Below are positions 25,830 through 37,700 of a DNA stretch of 64,000 nt, in pieces. Position numbers and translations under genes: made by a program. This DNA is from an uncultured Planctomycetia bacterium. GTDB taxonomy: Bacteria > Omnitrophota > Gorgyraeia > 2-02-FULL-51-18. Below the pieces are notes generated by a model that did not search any database, was not told the origin of the DNA, and worked only from the letters and a program-made list of their open reading frames with translations. Within the stretch, counting starts at the first letter, position 1, and each line of letters starts with the position of its first letter. The stretch spans positions 481,085 to 545,084 of the forward strand of contig CAZSGP010000001.1 of the NCBI GenBank assembly GCA_964606485.1. The letters are read 5' to 3'.

Positions 25830-27993
25830 AATTGCCCACGCCCGCCAAATTCTAAAAGACCGCTTTGGTTATGACGAATTCCGTCTCGAGCAGGAAAAAA
25901 TTATTGAGACGGTGTTAAATCGTCAAGATTGTCTAGCGCTGATGCCCACGGGCGGCGGCAAATCGCTCTGCTATCAAATTCCAGCCCTGCTGTTTGACGG
26001 GGTGACGATTGTTATTTCTCCGCTGATCGCTCTCATGAAAGACCAGGTGGAGGCGCTTCGCCTAAATGGCGTCTCCGCAGAGCTTCTCAACTCCACGCTT
26101 ACGGACGAAGAACAGTCGGAAGTGATTGCTTCTCTAAAAAGAGGGGAGCTTAAGCTTTTGTATTTGGCGCCGGAGCGCTTTTTCTCGCAGGACTCCCGTT
26201 TTACCCAGCTTCTCAAAACGATAAACGTCTCGCTTTTTGCCATTGATGAAGCGCATTGCATTTCCCAATGGGGTCACGATTTCCGGCCGGAGTATTTGAA
26301 GCTTTCCGCCTTAAAAGAAAATTTCTCCTCCGTGCCAGTGGTGGCGCTCACAGCGACGGCTGATCCGCTCACCCGCAAAGATATTTTGAGCAAATTAAAT
26401 TTAAAAGCCCCGCAGATTTTTATTTCCAGCTTCGACCGGAAGAACATTCATTATTTTGTGGAGTCGAAGGAAGCAATTCGCCAAAAACTACCCAGCTATT
26501 TAGACGCGCACCGCGACGACTCGGGAATCATTTACGCCTTGTCGCGGCAATCCGTAGAAAATTTAGCGGCGGATCTCGAGCGAAAAGGTTTTTCGGCGAA
26601 ACCGTATCACGCGGGCCTCGATAAAGAGACGCGCGATTTGAATCAGGACTTGTTCACGCAGGACAAAATTAAAATCATCGTGGCGACGATTGCGTTTGGG
26701 ATGGGAATCGACAAATCGAATGTGCGTTACGTGATTCACGCGGACATGCCCAAAAATATCGAAAGCTATTATCAGGAAACCGGCCGCGCCGGGCGGGACG
26801 GTCTTAAAAGCGAGGCCATACTGTTTTACGGCCCGGGTGACGCCGTAAAACTTCGGAAATTTGCCCAAGTCGAGCAAAACCCGGAGCAGACGCAAATTTT
26901 ACTAGAAAAACTAAGTCAAATGGTCCGCTTTTGCGAGACCAGAACCATCTGCCGCCGCCAAACTATTTTAAAATATTTTGGAGAATCGCATCCGGGTGAC
27001 TGCGGGGCTTGCGATGCATGCCTGAATCAATACGAAAAGGTTGACGGCACTGACAAAGCGCGCCGAGCTTTATCGGCGGTAATGGCCTTGGGGGGTTTTG
27101 GAATTAATTATGCCATCGATTTTCTACGTGGTTCCAAATCCGCCAAAATCAGAGAGCATCATCAAAAACTGGAAGAATTTGGCAGTGGCGCATCCACCAG
27201 CAAAGAGGAATGGAAGCGCTTGCTTTATGAGTTGATGGAGCAAGGATATCTCCGTCAAGAGGGAGGGGAATATCCGATTCTTCGACTGACTTCTAAAAGC
27301 GCCGCCATCCTAAAAAGTGAAGAAAAAGTGGCGCTTATAAAATTTGTGGCCCGAGAAAAAGCAGTGGAATCCGAATTGCCTTTCGAAGCGAATCTTTTGA
27401 CGCTTTTAAAAGAAACTCGCTTGAATTTGGCGAGAGAATCGAATGTTCCGGCTTATGTTATTTTCTCGGATGCAACTTTGGTGGAGCTTGCCGCTTATTT
27501 ACCGCAAACCCCGGATGAACTTCGGCTCATTTCAGGTTTTGGTGAAGTAAAGCTTGAGAGATACGGGAAAATTTTTCTACCGATCATCGTCAATTACTCG
27601 CAGTCTCAGGGCCTTTCTTCAAAGATTCACGAGAAGCGCAGTCGCAAAAGTGCAAAGAAAAATCCGGAAACCAGCACTGCTCCATCTGTAACGAAACTTG
27701 AGACTCTAAAACTGTTCAAAAATGGTAAAAACGTTCAAGAAATTGCGGCGCAAAGAGGTTTTGCGGTTTCCACCATCGAAGGCCACTTGGCCGATTTCAT
27801 CCTAGAAGGTGTCCTGGATGTAAAAGAGCTGATCCCTGAGCCCAAAATTACTTTGATTTCGGACACGATCAATCGCCTAGGCAGCTATTGGCTAGGACCC
27901 GTCAAAGCCGAACTGGGGGAGCGAGTATCCTATAGTGAAGTTCGCGCTGTGATGAACAGCATGCGTTTCACCCAACAAAAAATTTCAGTTTAA
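25816..27993 (+). CDS. recQ: ATP-dependent DNA helicase RecQ (725 aa)
   Basis: LALMPTGGGKSLCYQIPAL, DEAHCISQWGHDFRPEY, a Zn-binding CGACDAC motif and a C-terminal HRDC-like region. The gene overlaps hicB by 14 nt. Confidence 0.85.
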   Translation: MMPHKIAHARQILKDRFGYDEFRLEQEKIIETVLNRQDCLALMPTGGGKSLCYQIPALLFDGVTIVISPLIALMKDQVEALRLNGVSAELLNSTLTDEEQSEVIASLKRGELKLLYLAPERFFSQDSRFTQLLKTINVSLFAIDEAHCISQWGHDFRPEYLKLSALKENFSSVPVVALTATADPLTRKDILSKLNLKAPQIFISSFDRKNIHYFVESKEAIRQKLPSYLDAHRDDSGIIYALSRQSVENLAADLERKGFSAKPYHAGLDKETRDLNQDLFTQDKIKIIVATIAFGMGIDKSNVRYVIHADMPKNIESYYQETGRAGRDGLKSEAILFYGPGDAVKLRKFAQVEQNPEQTQILLEKLSQMVRFCETRTICRRQTILKYFGESHPGDCGACDACLNQYEKVDGTDKARRALSAVMALGGFGINYAIDFLRGSKSAKIREHHQKLEEFGSGASTSKEEWKRLLYELMEQGYLRQEGGEYPILRLTSKSAAILKSEEKVALIKFVAREKAVESELPFEANLLTLLKETRLNLARESNVPAYVIFSDATLVELAAYLPQTPDELRLISGFGEVKLERYGKIFLPIIVNYSQSQGLSSKIHEKRSRKSAKKNPETSTAPSVTKLETLKLFKNGKNVQEIAAQRGFAVSTIEGHLADFILEGVLDVKELIPEPKITLISDTINRLGSYWLGPVKAELGERVSYSEVRAVMNSMRFTQQKISV

Positions 27994-28352
27994 CCTCAAG
28001 AAAAATTGTCTTAAATCTCACCAAAATAGCTCTGAGTTTGTTAATCGATATAAAAAATCCTGAAAAATAGTTTGGTAAAAATCGACCCCTCTGACGTCTA
28101 GTGTAGTGAGGGGATGATTGCTTTATTCCACCCCTACGGATAAAAAAAGCTTCTCAACCCAAAATTAGGAGGTTAAGCATATTTCAATGAAACTCGACAT
28201 CTATTCAAATAATTACTCAAAATTTCAGTATTTACATCTGAGCACTTGAAATTATGCGCGTTATCATGTACAACCTCAACACCAGAGAAACATTTTCTGG
28301 CTTGATCATTCAAACGACATTATGAAACGAAAACGAAAAAATTCTTTAATCA

Positions 28353-28382
28353 CCCGCTTGGTAACCCCAGGCGGGTTTTTTA
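28353..28382 (+). terminator. Rho-independent terminator in the RecQ/giant-gene intergenic region
   Basis: CCCGCTTGG / CCAGGCGGG stem with one G-U pair and loop TAACC, followed by TTTTTT. Confidence 0.55.
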
Positions 28383-28730
28383 ATTTCAAGCGATACCTTT
28401 TATTTAAAGATTTTAAGAAGATGAGGCGCTTATCAAGTACTTCATCCGGTTTAACCCGTTAATCGAAAGGATGTATAACTCATGAAGGTATTGCTCAAAG
28501 CTCAAAGACCTACGGACAAAAATATTCTTTTTAATTTCAGGCAGTTCTCGAATCCGGAGAATTTACGGAAAATAATAAAGAGGAAAGAAGGTAAAAATCG
28601 CGCCTCTGTTCTTTTATTGAATTCGTTAGTGATAACAGAGATTTCGCGTAATGAAAAGTGCAGTGCGGAAGCCGAAGCAGATCTAATAATCGGTAAAACC
28701 TACTCTACTCGGAGATTGGCTTAAGCGCCG

Positions 28731-31700
28731 ATGAAAACTAAATCTGTCTTTTTCAAATCTATCTGCTGGACGCTAATTCTTAGCTTCTCGTATTCGCAGT
28801 TTTGTTATGCCTTAACTCCGAGAGAGCTTTTAGATCAGGCCAAAGCTTCCTTTGGACTTATGGGAGATGATCATCATCAGGGAGGAGGATCGAACCCGGT
28901 AGATTTGCAACAAAGCCAAGTCCAAGCTCAAAGTGCCGTAGATCAGCAAAATAATCTACAAGACCTTCAAAATCTAAACTTTTCTCTAACCACTCAAAAC
29001 GGCGACACCTTAAATTACGTTAATAACACGCTTTCACAAATCACACGTCCGGACGGAACCACTTTAAATAATATTAGTCAGGACGCAATGACCGGCAATA
29101 TCACAGGTGCCAACTTAAGATTAAATGATGGAACAATTCAAATCCTCCAAAATGGAAATATTTTAGGAAGTCAAACCCCTGATGGCACCCAAGTTTTCTA
29201 TGACCTTCAGACTGGCAAAGTTCAAAGAACCGTTTCTTCAAGTGGTGAGGAAACAACGTACACATACATCAACAGCGAAACGATTCTTGAAAGTGCCCAC
29301 TTTCAAACTGCCTACGACGCCAATGATAAAATTAAGCATATTTTAGATAAACAAACGCACAAAGAGAGTTTTTTTAATAACGGCATTCTCCAAAGAATTG
29401 AAGAAGTTGATCATTCCCAGTATTTATTCGGTCATGAGACTACGGGGACAGATATCCGCGTAAGCCTGGAAGCTTTTATCGACTCCATCGGCAACCGATT
29501 TGATTTTACTGGAGACGACGTCTCCCGAGTGACGCTCGTGGATGGGACCGAGCTTCAAAATACGGTTTGGAACTCTCAAGACCAAACGCTCCGAGACTTT
29601 TCATTTACAGAAGCCTCAGGAAATACCCGCACCGTTTTAAATAATCAAACCTCACAGATCGATCTTTCGAATAATGGTGGAAGCATCACGGACATTACTT
29701 GGAATCCCCAAACACATGCTCTAGAAAATTACCACTTTACAAATCCAGCGGGTGACGACTTCACGGTCGTAAATGGATTGGCTAGCCAAATCCACTTAGC
29801 CAGTAATCAGGGTTCTATCTCTAATAGCATTCTAGATCCCAGTACAGGCCTTCTTCGGGACTATGTGTTCACCGACCCAGCAGGGAACGTGTTTACCGCT
29901 CTAAATAACCAAGCCACTCAAATTGATCTTTATAATCATCAGGGCGAGATTTCAAATATCACTTGGAACCCCACCAACCATACTCTCGAAGACTACGTCT
30001 TCACCGATCCAAACGGGAATGAATTCACAGTCGCCCAAACCCAAGTCTCTCAAATTTTTCTTCCAAGTGGCCAAGGCCGACTGACGAACATCACCTGGAA
30101 TTCTTTAGATCAAACCTTAAAAAACTACACCTTTACCGATTTTGATGGAAATGTCTTTACAGTCGTTGATAATCAAACCACACGCATCGTTCTTTCTGGG
30201 AATAGGGGAGAGCTCGCCGGTATTGAGTGGGATGCCGTCACACATTCTCTAAAAAACTACACCCACACGGATTCCGCTGGAAATATCTTCACCGTTCAAA
30301 ATAATCAAACTATCCAAATTGATCTTGCAAACAGCGCAGGACGCATTACGAATATCGTTTGGAATCCCCAAACGCTTGCACTGGAAAGCTACCACTTTAC
30401 AAATTCCTCAGGCGACGAGTTTGCGGTTAATAACGGTCAAACCACCGAGATTCTTTTAGCGAACAACGATGGACGCCTTACCAATATTATATGGGACTCA
30501 CAAACGTACGCTCTTTCAAACTACATGCTGACCGATCTAGCGGGAAATCAATTTACCGTTGCCCAAAACCAAACCACTCAAATAGCGCTTTCTAATAATG
30601 CCGGAGTGATCACAAATATTCTCTGGGATAACGCCACTCATCTGCTAAAGGATTATGTTTTCACAGACTCCACCGGAAACGTCTCTACCGTTCAAAACAA
30701 TCAAACCGTTCAAATCAATATTCCAACCCAGGGCAACTTAACCAACATTGTTTGGAGTTCAACAACTCAAAGTCTCGCAGATTTTATTTTTACAGATCTT
30801 TCTGGAAATGCATTTACAGTTCAAAATAATCAGACCACACATATAGCCCTTTCCAATTCAAGAGGCACACTCACTAATACAGGATGGGACAGTGCAACGG
30901 GCGTTCTAAAGGATTATTTATTTACAAATCCGTCCGGAGATATTTTTACAGTAATCAACGACCAGACCTCAGACGTTCTTTTGGCAAACAATGCCGGTCG
31001 CCTTACGAATATCATCTTCGACCCTCAATCCCATCTCACCAAAGACTATGTGCTCACTGATTCGGCAGGGAATATCTTTACCGTCGTCAATAACCAAGCC
31101 ACCGAAATCGATCTTGCCCATAACGCCGGACGCATTACCGGAATCATTTGGAATTCACAAAATACAATCGACCAAGCCTTGCTAACCGATTCCCAGAATA
31201 GACAGATCCAATATCAGGGTGGAGTTGCTACAAGAATTACTCTGCCAAGCGGCGAGGTTATCTCCAACATCACATGGAATTCTAACGGCACGGTGCATGA
31301 AGCAGCGCTTGCCGACTCGCAGAACAACCAATATTTCTTCCGAGACAACGTAATTATAAAAGTCCAAGACTCGAATGGTGTTTTATTTGAAAATATTCTT
31401 TGGGGCCAAGACCAAAAGATTAAAGACGCCTCTGTGACGTTTCCAGACGGCCGAACCACTCTCTATCAAGATAAGAAGCTTATCCGGTTAACCGATGCCC
31501 AGGGAGTCATCACAAACTTCACTTATACTCCCGATAGAATTCTTGCGAGTTCCAATGGAATAAACTCCGAATATTTATTAGACGGCACCCTCGTTAAAAC
31601 AACCGATGCTCAAGGCAATCAAACTTTATACTTCGCTCAAGGCCCCCAAAAAGGCCTAAAAGAAAAAGACGTGACAGTTGCAGGGGACACCTTTATCTAC

Positions 31701-34700
31701 GAATATTCTCAAAACAACACTCTCATCCAGAGAAGACAAGTTCTAAGATCTGAGCAGACTGTCACCACCATCGAAGGCCAGACCACACTTCAAGCTAAAA
31801 ATAATCCTTTCTTCGGATTTGAGGCCTCATTCCAAAACCCTGAACTCGATTCCCAAGAAGTTCGTCTGATTACAAACGGTTCTTATCCTTTGGAAATTAA
31901 GCTCAAACCCGGTCAAGACGCGGCTTTCTCCTTTAATAGAGGTGCTTTTCAATCCCTGGGAGTTCGAATCGAACAAGGCTTTGCTTACAAAGTCGAGATC
32001 CAGATTTCAAAGACGGGTATCCAAATCTTTATCTACAAATCCACTGATCCTAGGCCTTCCAATCCCGCTAGAACTATTCAGCGAAGCAATTGGAATACCC
32101 GATTTGAAATTATTTCCACTAACGCCCAAGTGCGGCTCGACGCTCGCTCCGCCGGAACTTATCGCACGGATACCACGACCCAGGACCGGCAAAACGCTTA
32201 TCGCTCTGGAAGCCCCGTTGAGCAACTGACGTTTAGACTCACCCCCCAAAACTCTTACAGCCGTCCAAGTATTCAGCTGACTGCCGAACAGCAGAACACA
32301 TCGCGTCAAAAGCGTACGTTTTATTTGGATTATCAAAATAACCAGTGGAGAATCACGGCTTTCGGTGGAGGAATCAGTTTCCAGAGCTTCGCTATCAATC
32401 AAACCCTTCAAAGTAACGTGGATTACGCGGCAGAACTCCGCTTCGAAAATAACCAGCTTAAGTTTTATGTGTATCCCAAAGGCCAACAAAGACCTCAAAG
32501 CCCACTCGCGACGCTGAATGCGCTCACAAATGCCTCAGCGCGTTTTAATTCTGACTTCAACAACGCCCAAGGGCAAGCTCAAGTGCTTTATAATCTCACG
32601 AGCCCCACTCTTTCAAGTGCCAGAGCTTCGTCGCTTCCTCAGAATATGGATCTTTTGCAAAACTCAAATCTCCTTTCACAAACGCTACCTTCGGCGCCGA
32701 TGAGTTTGTCTTATCAGAATCCCGGATTTTCTTTTGCAGAAAGCCAGCTTGCGCTCCAAAGACCTGATTTTCGGATGACTCAAGTCTCGTTCGCGTTCAC
32801 CGAGCCGAATATTCATGAGACCGAGTTTAGTCCATCCCTGGCAGGGCCGACTTTCGTATTTAATGAACCGGTATTTTCTTTTTCAAGGCCTAATCTTAAT
32901 TTAACCCAAACCAACGTCTCATCGATGGTCAATCCATCGATTTCACTGATTCAGAATGATCTAAATTTAATAACGGACCAAACCATTTCAATTGTACGGC
33001 CTCTCAAATTTGATTTGGATAATGCCATCGGTTTTAGCTCAACGACCTATAACCTTCATGGTGGGCTCGAAGAAGTTTTAAAAGCTGATAGTTCGCGGTA
33101 TGTGTTTGAAGACGGTGTTTTGTCCCAGGCATTTAACGCGCAAGGCCAAGCCACTAACTTTAGTTTTCAGGAGTCCGGCCTCTCAAATGTTGTGGGCGCT
33201 ACGATTTCTCAGAACCAAGTCCAATCTCATTACAGCGCAGAAGGGGAATTAGAGTCTGTTGTTGTAGGGGATATGACAGTTCATTACGGCTCTAATCAAT
33301 CGATTGATTATTTGGAAAAATCAGACGGCACCGAAATCCACGACATCACGTTTGACGCAAACGGACAAATCCAAAATGCCAGCGTCTATCTGCCGGATGG
33401 GAGAATCAAGTTTTATGAGAACGGGCATCTTGTTAGAAGCCAGGAAGCCGACCATTCCCAGCTTTTCTTTGTGAATGACCAAGCTGTTCAAATGATCACC
33501 GCTCAGAATCTCACGTATGATTTTAATTACACTCCCGGACACATCGAAGCAGTTCTCAATACGGCGAATATCCCAATCCCGGACGCTCTAACGCCGGTGA
33601 GAATGCAGCATGACTCAAACTTTAATCTCCAACAGATAGTTCGCCAAAACAATGAAATTATTAACTTCACCAATAACCAGGTTCAAAGCGTCCAAACTCC
33701 CAGCCAGTCCCCGCAAACGATAGTTCAGCTAGCAGACGGTTATAAAGTTTTGCAAGACAACACCGAAACTTTCTATGATTCAAACAATCAAATCCAAAAA
33801 GTGCTGATTCACACTACAGCCAGTAACTCCCACGAATTAGAAGTGAGCTATCAGTACGGCAAGATCCGTCAGATTAAAAAAGACAATACCCTCACTTTCA
33901 CGTACTCCTATGAATTTACTTCAGAGAATAAGGAGCGGACGGTTATTCACGACCTTGAAGAAAACTCCACAAAGACCTATGAAAACGAGCTCCTTCTGAC
34001 TAGTTTTGATAACGACACGTCCGTACTCTCGAATTATTCTTATGATGCCAACAAGAAAGTTTCTCGGGTTGTGGTTTCGCGTCTGGGGCGAACGCTTCAC
34101 ACCTACAACTATACTTATTCAAATGATCAAACCCTCGTTACCGATGAAGAGGGAATTCTGAGAACCTACGACTCCAACAACAAGCTCATTTTCCTTGATA
34201 AAGAAAATAAGCGCTTTACCTACACCTATCACACCGATGCTACGACTCACGAAGAAATCATCGAAGAAAAACTGATTCGTCAAACTTTAGAGGGCGGAGC
34301 GGTCGTTGATTACGATGTGGACGGACAAATCCAAAAAATCCAAAACACTGACGGAACGTTTATTGACCACGTGGTTTTAGGTGGCCAGCGAAACATCCAA
34401 AAAGCCACGATTCATCTTTTAGATGGAACGAGTAAAGTCTTTAGCGGAACCCAAATTCTTGAAGAAATCACCCCGCAAAACACTCACTTTTATTTTGACG
34501 AGGGCAGAATTACAAGGGTGGTAGGCTCCCAAGGGGATGAATTTGATTATATTTATGACCAGGACTCCGGCGGAAACGTTGTGCGAGTCAGATCAGATAT
34601 TGGACAAGCTTACTTAGAGTACGACATTAACGGAGATCTTCAAGGATTTCGTCCGAAAGATAGTAATCAGTTTTACCATCTCACAAAAACGTTCGATGCG

Positions 34701-37700
34701 AGCGGCAGGCCGACCTATTTTTTAAATGCGTATGGAGCGAGTTTTCAGTTTCAAGAAAGTGGTCTACAATTATCTATCAATCAGTTTAGTTTTCTTCAGA
34801 GTCAGCCAGATAACCGCACTACAATTTTTACCTTACCCCAAATTGACCATGCCGTGCCATTTTTTGGAACCGGAGTTGATGGAGATGCCAGAGTTACAGC
34901 AGCTACCTATCTAACTAGAGATATGAATTATAACTCTCTGACTATTGATTCAGGCGCAATTTTATATCCAAATGGACATAAAATTTTTGTGAATGGCGAT
35001 TTAATTAATAATGGGTCAATTTCCGTGGATGGGCAAGGTGGGCAGGGCGGCGGTGGTGGAGCGCCTCGACCCACTGGTTCGCCGTCAGGCGGTCAAAGCG
35101 GCCAATCTCAAACGGACTCATTTGGAGGGATTGGTGGAAATGGGGGAGCTGGCGGAGATACGCGATACACTTCGCCGCGTGGCGCAAGCTCATTTTATCC
35201 GGGATACCCTGGTGGTTCCGGCGGCGCGATCAGCGGATTTGCCAGCACCACTTTACCCACAGATATTTTGGCGGGAAATCCTGTAAATATATCGGCAGGT
35301 GCTGGCGGCGGTGGCGGAGGCTCATCGGCCATGGTTTACGGAGGAAGTGGGGGTCCCGGGGGAGGTGCTCTGTTTATTTTCGCTAAAAATATAAAAAATG
35401 AAAATGGGACAATTTCAGCCAATGGGCAAAATGGGGTGGATGGTGGTTGGGGACCTGGTATTGGAGACGGAGGTTCTGGCGGTGGCGGCGGTGGCGGCGG
35501 GGGGACAATTTATCTTGTGTATCAAGCCATTGAAAATGGAAATATTCAAACTAATCCGGGCTTAGGTGGTTCTGGTGGCGGCGGTTCTAGTCAAGGTGGA
35601 GCTGGAGCCAGCGGTCTTCCAGGTTCGGTGGTGAAATTTAGCCCTTTAAATTTAAATATTTCATTTGATAGCTCAGAACTTCGATTGCCATATTTTGACA
35701 AAATGAATTTTGACAAGGGTTTTAGTGACGCAACTAATCAGATTTACACCGGAACATATGCCTTTGGCCAAATTTCTCAGATTCAGGGTATTTATAATTC
35801 CCAGGGCGTAAATATTGATGTTCAAAAAAATCTCATTCATCAAATCACCGAATCTTCTGGCCAAAGAAAAGACTACAGCTATCAAAGAGACATAAACGGC
35901 GCTCTCACCGGAATCACCGTCACTCAAAATAATACCCAGATGCATTATTCGCCAGATGGCGTGTTGAATGGGGTTCGGTTTTTGTCGATGCCTAACACCA
36001 TTGATCAGGCTAAAGATTTTGTAGATGCAAGCTCTGGAAATTTTACAATCGCTTCAACCGGAAATGTTGCCTTAGATGTCGACCAGCAAGGTTTCTTTGG
36101 AAATGCCTCAGCGCTCTTCGATGGAGCTTCGAGCTATCTTTCCGTAAATCCAAATCCCGCTTTTAATTTTGGAACGGGCGACTTTACGATGGAGACGCGT
36201 TTGTTTTTACAAAGTCTCCCCGCCAATAATTCCGAAGCAGTTATTTTTGATAATGGGGGAGTCCAAGGTGTAAGACTGGGAATCTCGAACACGAATGGGC
36301 TCTATCAAATCCATTTAGTCATTGCCAATACAAACTACAGTCTCAATTTTGTGCCACAGGCAAACTCCTGGCAGCATTTGGCGCTTGTCCGCAATAGCGG
36401 AGTGATTAAAATTTTTGTGGATGGCTACCAGGTGGGTTCAGATATTCAAAATGCTTCCAACATCTCAAATCTCTCTCAAGGTTTGCGCATCGGAAATTCT
36501 TTTTCCGGCAACCAATTCTTTAAAGGAAGTCTTGATGAATTAAGAATTTCAAAAGGAGTGGTGCGCTACGCTCAAAACTTTACAAGTAATACGGAGAGCC
36601 ACCGCTCAGATTCTTTTACCAGTCTCTTACTTCATTTTGACGGAACGGATTACTCAAACTTTTCAATTCGTAAAGATGGGGCTAATTTTATTTTCGAAGG
36701 AGCTAGCGGACAAACATTTTTGATTCCCGCCTCCGTGGGAATGACAGATTCTGTGACAATCAATCCTTCCTTCATCACACAAAGCCGTGACGCGGTCCAA
36801 AGAGTAAATTTTTCAATCAATCCTTTAGAACAAAACCCGTCTCAACGATTCGGAGACGGGCACGACGGAAGCGCGACGCTTTTATCCAACACCACGCTCA
36901 CTCGTGACATGTACTACGACAACCTCACCATAAATCCGGGAGCCACTTTAAATCCCAACGGGTATAAAATATTTGTAAAAGGAATGCTGACGAATAACGG
37001 CACGATCTCCGTTCAAGGCGGAAATGGTTCTAACGGCCAAGGTGCTTATAAACCTGGTGACGGAGACACAAATCCAGGAAGCGGTGGCGGAGCAGGTCAG
37101 CCCGTAACAACCCAAATAAAATCACTCGGCAGTTCTGTTGCTGGCGGTTCGGGGGGATCGGGTGGTCATGGAGGCGGCGGCGGAGCGGGACAAAACGGAC
37201 AGTCTGTAGCCCAATCTCTCGGAGGTCCCGGCGGCGGAAATGGCGGCTCTGTCCAAAATTATTCGATACAGGCTTTAAATCCTGACGTATTTTCTAACCA
37301 AACAATATTGACCCTTCAAGGCGGAGCTTCCGGTCAAGGCGGCGCAGGGGGCGGCGGCCAAAATTACACAGGATCCGGCGGCGGTGGAGGCGGTGGAGCG
37401 GCAGGCGGCGGAGTAATCGCAATCTACGCTCAACAAATTTTAAATCAAAATGGAATCATCACTGCAAACGGTGGAAACGGCGGAACAGGCGGCGGTGGTC
37501 AAGGTGAAGAATATTATAATGGCCGAGGCGATGGTGGTTCGGGCGGTTCCGGCGGCGGCGGTGGAACGATATTCCTAGTTTACGATCAAATCCAAGATGG
37601 AACAATTACGTCGAGCGGCGGTCAGGGTGGAAATGGTGTGGGTGGCTCTCGTGGTGCCACTGGAGCAAATGGTCAACCGGGCCAGACCGGAACTATTCTT

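Noticed and set aside
28482-28724. 80-aa plus-strand ORF just upstream of the giant gene
   Set aside because: Lys/Arg-rich low-complexity translation of an AT-rich leader. It has no convincing ribosome-binding site or motif. It more likely lies in the promoter or 5'-UTR region, so it is not called as a gene.
29521-31530. Regular 132-nt periodicity that might be mistaken for a CRISPR-like array
   Set aside because: The units are in-frame, diverged and translate to a conserved protein repeat. There are no short identical direct repeats with unique spacers. No CRISPR array or cas genes were seen anywhere in the window.
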